Shown: positions 35,886 through 44,113 of the stretch, one piece after another
Layout: each line of letters starts with the position of its first letter
How positions within the stretch are numbered: the stretch's first letter is position 1
From: Pseudomonadota bacterium
GTDB lineage: Bacteria; Desulfobacterota; DSM-4660; Desulfatiglandales; Desulfatiglandaceae
Length of the DNA: 64,000 nt
Direction of reading: 5' to 3'
Assembly (NCBI GenBank): GCA_043808585.1
Contig: JAZDES010000221.1
Coordinates: 11,380 to 75,379 of the forward strand
Translations under genes and position numbers: made by a program
The notes under the pieces: generated by a model
What the model was told of the DNA's origin: nothing
Seen by the model: only the letters and a program-made list of their open reading frames with translations
The model's database searches: none

Positions 35886-37697
35886 ATGAACGGCTGGACC
35901 GGTCGATGCCTCAGGGTAAACCTGACGAATGGTCGTTTTCAACATGAAGATATCCCCTATGAGCTTATGGAAGGGTATCTTGGAGGGCGCGGCCTTGGCG
36001 CCAAGGTCCTTTCAGACGAAATCGATCCTTCAGTTGACCCTCTTTCCCCTGACAATAAAGTGATATTTGTTTCAGGTCCGCTGGTGGGCACTGGCGCGAT
36101 AACCGGTGCCTCCTGCAATGTCCTGACCAAGAGTGCCCTGTCCGGCACCATCGCATGCGCCAAGGTCAGGGGGCACTTTGGGGCCGAACTAAAGTTTTCA
36201 GGATTCGACATGGTGATCCTGGAAGGTCGGTCAGAATCACCCGTGATCCTTACCATTATGGATAACAAGGTAGATATCCTGTCTGCCGTTGAGTACTGGG
36301 GGCGGAGTACCTCGGAGACAGAGGATCTCTTCATGAGGAAACTGACCGACAAGTGGGCGGCTCGAGAAACCTATCTCCTGACCATCGGTCCGGCAGGAGA
36401 AAGACTGGTGCCCCTCGCGAATATCATTAATGATGGTTTTCTGTCTGTTGGGGGTGCTGGCATTGGCGCCGTTCTGGGCTCTAAGAACCTCAAGGCCATT
36501 GCCGTCAAGGGGAGCCGGTCGGTAACCGTTGCTGATGGAAACCGTTTTGTTCAGGTAATCACCACCCTCATTAACAAACTGAACAGCGCCGCTTTGACCT
36601 CTCAGTCGATGTCATCCTGGGGGTCTGCGTTTTTTGTCGGTCTTTGTTATCAGAAGGGGATATTGCCTTTCAAGAACTTCCAAAGCTCCTCCTTTGGAGA
36701 ATCCAAGAGTGTGGGGACCCAGTCCCTTTCAAATGCCTTTGCCTTGAGAAGCAGGGGATGCTTTGCATGTCCGATCGCATGCATAAAGAAGACCGATGTG
36801 AATAACCCGCTCTTTAGGGGAAAGGGCATGGCTCCAACCTATCTGGCAGTCGGAGCTTTGGGTCTTAATTGCGGCATCACTGACCTGACGACGATCGGAA
36901 TGGCAAATATGATTTGCGCAGAGATGGGCCTGGATCCCATGGCAACGGGGGGGACAGTTGCCGCTGCCATGGAACTCGGTGAGAAAGACGTTATATCAAA
37001 GGACGATCTCAAACTTGATCTGAGGTTCGGTCACGGGGAAGACCTCCTTCAGGCCTTGACGCTGATGGCGACCAAGAAGGGGCATGCCAAACGGTTGGGG
37101 CAGGGGGGTGATGCCCTGGTTAAGGAATATGGACAGCCCAAATTATTTATGGGTGTCAAAGGTCTGCCCATGGCGCCGTTTGATCCGAGGTGCATTCAGG
37201 GGATGGGTCTTCACTTCGCCACCTCCAATTACGGACCCCACCATCTTTATGCCTACACCTTTATTGATGAGGTGCTGAACGTTCACGAAAACCTGAATCC
37301 GTGGACCACCGAAGGCAAACCGGAACTGGTCAAGCGGTACCAGGACATAACAGCGGTGATGGATTCGTTGGGGCTATGCAACTGGCCATTGATGGGGCTT
37401 AAGTTCAACAATTTTGTTCCAATGGTAAACAGCTGCCTGGGCACCAGTTACAAGGCAGAGGATCTGCTCAAGATTGGGGAGCGGATATGGGATCAAGAGC
37501 GGATGTTCAATATCAGGGCGGGTTTTGATCGGAGCCATGACACCCTTCCCCAGAGGTTCTTCGAGCCCATGCCCGATGGGCCGGCCAGGGGACAGGTCAG
37601 CAGGGTTCCCGAGATGCTCGGGGAATACTACAGACTTCGTGATTGGGACGAAGAAGGCCAACCCCGGTCCCTAACCTTAAGTGAATTGGAGGAATAG
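35886..37697 (+). CDS. aor: aldehyde:ferredoxin oxidoreductase family (tungstopterin) enzyme; BamB-like position in cluster
   Basis: MNGWTGRCLRVNLTNGRFQHEDIP...GGRGLGAKVL is the classic AOR N-terminus. The CFACPIAC [4Fe-4S] ligand region is present. The start is set at the ATG at 35886. Confidence 0.88.
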   Translation: MNGWTGRCLRVNLTNGRFQHEDIPYELMEGYLGGRGLGAKVLSDEIDPSVDPLSPDNKVIFVSGPLVGTGAITGASCNVLTKSALSGTIACAKVRGHFGAELKFSGFDMVILEGRSESPVILTIMDNKVDILSAVEYWGRSTSETEDLFMRKLTDKWAARETYLLTIGPAGERLVPLANIINDGFLSVGGAGIGAVLGSKNLKAIAVKGSRSVTVADGNRFVQVITTLINKLNSAALTSQSMSSWGSAFFVGLCYQKGILPFKNFQSSSFGESKSVGTQSLSNAFALRSRGCFACPIACIKKTDVNNPLFRGKGMAPTYLAVGALGLNCGITDLTTIGMANMICAEMGLDPMATGGTVAAAMELGEKDVISKDDLKLDLRFGHGEDLLQALTLMATKKGHAKRLGQGGDALVKEYGQPKLFMGVKGLPMAPFDPRCIQGMGLHFATSNYGPHHLYAYTFIDEVLNVHENLNPWTTEGKPELVKRYQDITAVMDSLGLCNWPLMGLKFNNFVPMVNSCLGTSYKAEDLLKIGERIWDQERMFNIRAGFDRSHDTLPQRFFEPMPDGPARGQVSRVPEMLGEYYRLRDWDEEGQPRSLTLSELEE

Positions 37698-37699
37698 GG

Positions 37700-38074
37700 A
37701 TGGCGAGAATAAAGATCGATCACACCAAATGCACCGGTTGTAGACATTGCGAGACGGCCTGTTCTCTCAACCATGTGGCGGGTGTCTGCAATCCGAGACG
37801 AGCGCGAATCAGGGTCTTCAGAGAAGGGCATACCTATTTTCCGACCATTGCCGGGCCTTTTGTAGATGCTGCGTGCACCTCCAAGAACGACTTGGTTGTC
37901 GGTGACCAGAGATACAACATGTGCCTGGTCTGCCGGGCATCATGTCCGGAGAAACCCTTTTTTATTGAAGCTGAAACCGGTTTTCCCCTGAAATGTGATT
38001 TCTGTGGGATCCCACCAAGCCCCTCCTGTGTCAGGTGGTGCAATAGCGGTGCCCTGGAATTAATAGAAGATTAG
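37700..38074 (+). CDS. 4Fe-4S ferredoxin-domain protein (AOR partner; BamC-like position)
   Basis: CTGCRHCETAC, CLVCRASCP and CDFCG...CVRWC motifs are present. It starts 3 nt after the AOR stop. Confidence 0.75.
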   Translation: MARIKIDHTKCTGCRHCETACSLNHVAGVCNPRRARIRVFREGHTYFPTIAGPFVDAACTSKNDLVVGDQRYNMCLVCRASCPEKPFFIEAETGFPLKCDFCGIPPSPSCVRWCNSGALELIED

Positions 38075-38176
38075 CAAAAAGCCTTCATATGCGAAACTGG
38101 AGACTCTGAACACCGAGAATGCCTTCTTGTCCGTCGGCTTCACGTTCGGAGTTTTCAGTCTCGGAGCCATATTCGT

Positions 38177-41100
38177 ATGAATCGGATCAAGAGCAAAGGG
38201 GATCTCATTGGAGCCGTGTTGGTTGTCGGTGGAGGGATTGCCGGTATACAGGCCTCGCTCGACCTGGCTGAATTGGGCTACTATGTCTATCTGTTAGATA
38301 AGCATACCTCTATAGGAGGTGTGATGGCGCAGTTGGACAAGACGTTTCCGACCAATGATTGCGCCATCTGAATCCTGGCACCCAAACTGGTGGAGGCCGG
38401 TCGGTCTCCAAACATTGAGATCATTACCAAAGCGGAATTATTGTTGATTGAGGGTGAAGTCGGCAATTTCACTGCAAGGGTGCGCCGTCTGCCCCGCTAT
38501 GTGGACGAAGACCTGTGCACAGCCTGCGGCACGTGCACCGGTTACTGCCCGATGCCTGTCGAGGACGTTTACAATGAAGGGCTTTCCTACACCAAGGCCG
38601 TACACATTGATTACCAGCAGGCCATTCCCGCCGCCTTTCATATAGATGAGAAGGCCTGTCTATTCCTGACAAAAAAAGAATGCAAACAATGCGAGAGGGT
38701 CTGCCTTGCCAAGGCCATCGACCTTAATCAACAACCCCGGGATATGGATCTTCATGTGGGTGCAGTAATCCTGTCTCCTGGGTTTGGCCATATCCGAAAA
38801 GATGTACTGGCAAAATATGGTTATGGGAGATTCCCTGATGTGGTAACCGGTTTGGAATTTGAGCGTTTGACATCGGCCTCCGGACCCTTCATGGGCGAGA
38901 TTATCAGACCATCAGATAGGGAACACCCTGAAAGGATCGCCTTTCTCCAATGCATCGGCAGCAGAGACCTGTCAAGCGGCAATGGGTATTGTTCGTCGGT
39001 CTGCTGTATGTATGCAATCAAAGAGGCCTTAGTGGCTAAGGACCACAACCCAAATCTGGATATAGTCATTTTCCATATGGACATGCGTACCCATGGGAAG
39101 GAATTCGATAATGCCAGGATCCGAGCCAAAGAGAAGGGCATCCGCTTTGTGAGAAGCCGATTTGGAAGTATTCGGCCCAAGGGTAAAGGCCTTGAACTGA
39201 AATACGTGAAAGAGGAGGGGGAGCATTGCAGAGAGACGTTTGACATGGTGGTGCTTCCTGAAGGGCTTGAATCCCCTGAAGACGCGCGTCCTTTATCAAA
39301 GGCCGCTGGTATCGATCTGAACCATTATGATTTTTGCAGGACCCAGGGTTTTTCCCCGCTGGAAACTTCCCGCCCCGGTGTCTTTGTAGCGGGTGCCTTT
39401 CAGGGCCCCAAGGATGTGCCGGAAAGCGTTACCGATGCGAGCGGTGCAGCCGCCCTTGCCGCCGAGGCCCTCTCTCAGGCGCGAAACACGAAAGTCGAAG
39501 TGAAGGTCTATCCAGATGAAATGGAGATAAGGGAATCGCCTCGTATCGGCGTGTTTGTCTGCTCTTGCGGCAGCAATATCGGCGGCGTTGTTGATGTCCC
39601 GGACGTGGCAGATTATGCTGCAACTCTGGAAAATGTGGTCTTTACAGATACGAATCTTTATAGCTGTGCCCAGAACACTCAGGAACTCATTACAACGAAG
39701 ATTAAAGAGAACCGGCTGAATCGGGTGGTGGTGGCGGCGTGTACGCCACGCACCCATGAGCCCCTGTTTCAGGAAACCCTGAAGAATGCCGGCCTGAACA
39801 GGTCCCTGTTTGAGATGGCCAATATCAGGGATCATTGCTCATGGGTCCATTCCCATCTCCCTGAAGAAGCAACGGAAAAGGCCAAAGACCAGGTCAGAAT
39901 GGCTGTGGCTAAGGCCCGCTTGTTACGTCCTTTACCGGAACAGAGGATTGCAGTCACTCCAAAGGCGCTGGTCATTGGAGGGGGTCTTTCAGGGATTACG
40001 TCTGCCTTGAGCATAGCTCGACAAGGATTCGAGTGCTTTTTGGTGGAAAGATCATCAGAGCTGGGAGGCAATCTCAGGGATGTCAAGTTCATGCTCAGCG
40101 GTGATGATCCCCGTCTATTTCTGAAGGGTCTCATAGAGGAAGTCATGTCCCATGAACTGGTGCAGGTTTATACCAACGCCCATATAAAGGAAATCTCAGG
40201 CTACGTTGGCAACTATGCCACCACGCTTCAAACCAAGGAAGGGACCAAGACCTTACAGCACGGAGTTATTGTGGTGGCCACCGGGGGGAGGCCGTATGAG
40301 CCCAAACAATATCTGTATGGTAAATCGAGTCACGTGGTTACGCAACTCGAACTGGAGGAGATGTTGGCGGGCTCTAATCGTATCAAGACGACAAACAGTA
40401 TTGTCATGATTCAGTGTGTAGGCTCCAGAGGAGAAGACCTGTCCTACTGCAGCAAAGTGTGTTGCGGTCAGGCCGTTAAGAATGCCATTCAGATTATGGA
40501 CTGCAACCCGTCGGTCGACATAACCGTTCTCTTCAGAGACATGCGGACTTACGGGTTCATGGAGGACGCCTACAACCTGGCCCGTGAAAAAGGGGTCAGT
40601 TTCATCCATTTTGATGGAAATTATCCTCCGGATGTGACTGAACAAGACGGGAGACTCCGTGTAGAATTTTGGGACAAGCTTTTGGAAGAGAAGATGACCC
40701 TTGAGCCTGATCTCCTTGTCTTGGGTGTGGGCATCGTACCTGCAGAAACAGAGGGGTTGGCAAGGATTCTCAAGACCCCGCTCACCGAGAGTGGGTTCTT
40801 TTTGGAGGCCCATGCGAAGCTTCGGCCCGTGGAGTTTTCAGTAGACGGGGTTTACCTCTGCGGTCTTGCTCATTCCCCCAGGCCTATCTCCGAGTCCGTT
40901 GCCCAAGCCAAGGCCGCTGCCGGTAAGGCATGTATCCATTTAGCCAGGGGATATATTGCAGTAGAGCCGATCGTTTCTTCGGTGGATCAGGAGATCTGTA
41001 TCGGATGCGGAATATGTGAAAGCCTCTGCCCTTACAATGCCATTCAGATGACAAGGGTTGGAAATAAGAAAAAGGCGGACACGGTCTCGGCATCATGTAA

Positions 41101-41209
41101 GGGATGCGGGATTTGCGCATCCCATTGCCCTGCACTGGCCATATACATGGGAGGTTTCAGCAGCGAACAGATTATGGCCCAGATAAGGGCCTATGGAGAA
41201 CGCGGCTAG
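38177..41209 (+). CDS. hdrA: HdrA-like FAD/FeS protein, double-length (about 1010 aa), selenocysteine at TGA 38369-38371
   Basis: ORF-track pieces 38177..38371 and 38390..41209 are in the same frame. The joined sequence reads [31 protein letters not shown], where HdrA proteins have ...DC(S/A)(M/I)CI(L/M)(A/S)PK. There are two GxGxxG FAD folds ([10 protein letters not shown] and [10 protein letters not shown]) and four ferredoxin-type CxxCxxCxxxCP motifs. Confidence 0.85.
38392..38409 (+). promoter_or_regulatory. candidate bacterial SECIS hairpin for hdrA-like UGA
   Basis: ggaggcc-GGUC-ggtctcc forms a 7-bp stem (one G-U pair) with a GGUC apical loop. The loop lies about 30 nt after the UGA. 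GGUC is also the loop sequence of the E. coli fdhF SECIS. Confidence 0.5.
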
Positions 41210-41230
41210 TTATTGGAGGTTTTTCTTTAA

Positions 41231-41848
41231 ATGACAGGTAAGAAATCATTTGAGCCAAGAATCCTGGGTTTCCTTTGTAACTGGTGCTGTTATGCGGCAG
41301 CGGATTCTGCGGGGATTTCCCGTTTTCAGTATCCACCCAATATAAGGGTCATCAGGATTATGTGTACCGGTAGAATGGATCCCCTGTTCATTATTGAAGC
41401 CTTCTGCTCAGGTGCTGACGGTGTCTTTGTGGGCGGCTGACAACTCGGGGAATGCCATTACCAGGTTGGTAATTATGACGCCATCTTCACCGCTCATTTC
41501 GCCCGGAGGATTCTTAAAGAGGCAGGCGTCCATCCAAACAGGGTTGCCCTTGACTGGGCCTCTGCCGCTGAGGCCCCGCTTTATGTGAAATTGATAACGG
41601 AATTCACCAAGCACATAAGAGAATTGGGCCTGCTCGGAGAAACAGAGGGAATGCCCTTAGAGAAACTCAAATTGAGGTTATCCGCGGCCAGGTCTGTTGC
41701 AGCGAATCTTAAATTGCGTACGCGGTTTGCCAGGGTCGCCGTGGAACTGAGAAAGGCAGATGATTATTCCTCTCAGGTGATAGAAGCCAAGATGTCAGAA
41801 AAGTTGGACGAGGCCATTTCTCGCGAAATGGAAAACTGTCACCGTTAA
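41231..41848 (+). CDS. mvhD: MvhD-like (methyl-viologen-reducing hydrogenase delta subunit family) protein, selenocysteine at TGA 41438-41440
   Basis: Pieces 41231..41440 and 41585..41848 lie in one frame with an open frame between them. The joined sequence reads [25 protein letters not shown]...WASAAEAP, against the family consensus G(C)HxGDCHYxxGN. Confidence 0.8.
41457..41473 (+). promoter_or_regulatory. candidate SECIS hairpin for mvhD-like UGA
   Basis: attacc-aGGUu-ggtaat. The loop lies about 26 nt downstream of the UGA. Confidence 0.45.
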
Positions 41849-42187
41849 AAGACCAGTTGACAGGATAACTGGATAGACATGATTCAAATGTATCTTCTCA
41901 ATAAATCGGGGCAACTGCTTTCTAAGACCCCTTTTCTGGATTGCCGCCACTCATTGAGCTGTTACATTCAAATCCAGCTCACCCTGTTAAATTTCCCGAA
42001 GGGAGCCCTATTTAACAGGGTAAATCAATACTATTTATGGCAACCCCTGGCCAGACCTGTTTATCCCAGAGGTTAGGCGTGAAATCAAGGACTTAACATA
42101 GCGAATCAGCAAGAAAAAAACTGTCATGTCTATCCTGTTTATCTTGTCCAAAAACGGCTGTAAGCGGATAAGGAGTGGCCTTTCACA

Positions 42188-43954
42188 TTGACAAGCACTC
42201 ATTTCCAACCGAGATTCAAATCCGAAGTCAGTGCCATACCGGGCGGAGAGCTGGTCAGTCGGTGCTTCGGCTGCGGCAGCTGTGCAGGTGTATGTCCGGT
42301 CAGTGAATCAGGAACCGGCTTTGATCCGAGAAAAATCCTTCATATGATTCAAATGGGCCTCAAGGATAGGCTCCTGAGCTCCCCCACGATTTGGCACTGC
42401 ACCCATTGTGATTCGTGTGCGGTTGTCTGTCCCCAGGATATCCGGTTTAGCTCTGTTGTGGATGTGCTTCGAGAAATGGTCATGGGTGAGGAATATCCTG
42501 GCGGAAAGAACGTGGAGAGGTGGGGGACCGCCCCTTGCAAGGCAGCCTGTCCCGCACACATCAGTATCCCCGGTTTTGTGGGCGCTGTTGCAGAGGGGAG
42601 GTATGAAGAAGGGTTGAAGCTCATCAAAGAAGAGATGCCCTTCCCGGCCATATGCGGACGTATATGTCCCCATCCCTGTGAGCTGCAGTGCAATAGGGGA
42701 GGGATCGATAAACCAATCGCCATAGAGTTCTTGAAACGTTTTCTGGCGGATCTGGATATCTCAAAGGAGACTTCCTATGTCCCGAAGAAGAAGCCGGGCA
42801 AGAAAGAGAGAGTTGCCGTCATAGGGGCAGGACCAGCCGGGCTTACGGCAGCCTATTATTTAGCTATCGAAGGCTATCCTGTCACCGTCTTTGAGAAACT
42901 TCCTGCGGCCGGGGGTATGATGGTCCTGGGAATTCCTGAGTTCCGCTTACCTCGAAATATCCTCCAGGCTGAAATTGAGGTGATTAAGAAGTTAGGGGTA
43001 GATATCAGACTCAACGTCGAGGTCGGAAAGGATATCAGTTTTATGGAACTGCAAAGGGAATTCAATGCCATTTTTGTCGGCATTGGATGTCAGCGTGCCA
43101 TAAAGCTCGGTATCCCTAATGAAGATGGGTTGGCCGGCGTTTTCGACGGCCTCACGTTCTTGAGAGACATAAATTTGAAGGACATGCCCGTTTGCGAGGG
43201 CAGAGTGGTTGTTATTGGCGGCGGAAATACTGCGGTTGATTGCGCCCGCGTGGCAAAGCGGTCAGGACCTCAAAGTGTCGCGATCCTTTACAGGAGAACG
43301 CGAGAGGAAATGCCGGCAAGCCCATGGGAACTTGACGAAACCCTGGAGGAGGGAATTGATATCCAGTTCCTGACAGCACCTGTTAAAATCCTGGGCGAGA
43401 ACGGGAAGGTTTCCGGACTTGAGTGCATTCGCATGAGGTTGGGAGAATCCGATAACTCGGGTCGGCGCAGACCTGTACCGATTGAGGGGTCCGAATTCAT
43501 GGTGAAAGCGGAAACTGTGATAATAGCCATCGGTCAGGCACCGGACTTGACCTGTCTGCCCCATGAGTTGGAAATGAATGTTGCCGGAAACGGGCGCTTA
43601 ACCGCCGATCCTCACACTGGGAGGACGCAAATTCCAGGAATCTTCTCAGGGGGGGATGCGGTTTCGGGCCCAGGGACCGTTGTGGAAGCGGTCGCCTTTG
43701 GAAAGGAGGCGGCAAGATCAATAGATCGCTTCTTGAAGGGTGAAGACATCGACGCCAGGCAGAGGCGTGACTGGAAAGGGATTGCGTTTATATCTGAGGA
43801 AGTTGAGTTTCAAGAAAGGGAATCAATGCCCCGCCTCTCCCTGGCAGAACGGAGGAGGACCTTTAAAGAGATCGATCTGGGATTCAGTGAGGAACAGGCC
43901 AGATGTGAGGCTGAACGGTGTTTGAGAACATGCGGGGTCCAATTAAAACCTTAG
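42188..43954 (+). CDS. fusion of HdrC-like 2x[4Fe-4S] domain with GltD/NfnB-like NAD(P)H-dependent FAD oxidoreductase
   Basis: The N-terminus has CFGCGSCAGVCP and CTHCDSCAVVCP. The GltD-type region has CPAH...CGRICPHPCE..C, two Rossmann motifs (VIGAGPAGLTAA and VIGGGNTAVDCA) and GIFSGGDA. The TTG start is uncertain. Confidence 0.8.
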   Translation: MTSTHFQPRFKSEVSAIPGGELVSRCFGCGSCAGVCPVSESGTGFDPRKILHMIQMGLKDRLLSSPTIWHCTHCDSCAVVCPQDIRFSSVVDVLREMVMGEEYPGGKNVERWGTAPCKAACPAHISIPGFVGAVAEGRYEEGLKLIKEEMPFPAICGRICPHPCELQCNRGGIDKPIAIEFLKRFLADLDISKETSYVPKKKPGKKERVAVIGAGPAGLTAAYYLAIEGYPVTVFEKLPAAGGMMVLGIPEFRLPRNILQAEIEVIKKLGVDIRLNVEVGKDISFMELQREFNAIFVGIGCQRAIKLGIPNEDGLAGVFDGLTFLRDINLKDMPVCEGRVVVIGGGNTAVDCARVAKRSGPQSVAILYRRTREEMPASPWELDETLEEGIDIQFLTAPVKILGENGKVSGLECIRMRLGESDNSGRRRPVPIEGSEFMVKAETVIIAIGQAPDLTCLPHELEMNVAGNGRLTADPHTGRTQIPGIFSGGDAVSGPGTVVEAVAFGKEAARSIDRFLKGEDIDARQRRDWKGIAFISEEVEFQERESMPRLSLAERRRTFKEIDLGFSEEQARCEAERCLRTCGVQLKP

Positions 43955-44113
43955 TCACTTCAAGCTGATCCAGCGTACCTTCCAGATACCAAGAAAACAA
44001 ACCACGTCGACTGTGGGTAGTCACTTGACTTGCCCGGAAAGACATGCCATTGATAGGTCGGTTGTCAGGAATGGAGCAGAGCCCGCGGGTACTAGTGAGG
44101 GGGGGTTGAATAA

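Noticed and set aside
38369-38371. Reading the TGA codons at 38369, 41438, 51784 and 53066 as true stops, frameshifts or pseudogene breaks
   Set aside because: In all four cases the frame continues open. The downstream piece lacks its own RBS or start context. The UGA aligns with a conserved redox or cluster Cys position, and a GGU-loop hairpin follows. Selenocysteine is the more economical reading, though it is unproven without sel genes in view.
41879-42076. 65-aa plus-strand ORF between the mvhD-like and HdrC/GltD genes
   Set aside because: It has no RBS, and it contains a long hairpin (ccctgttaaat...atttaacaggg, about 41983-42022). The region is more likely a non-coding spacer, promoter or processing region.
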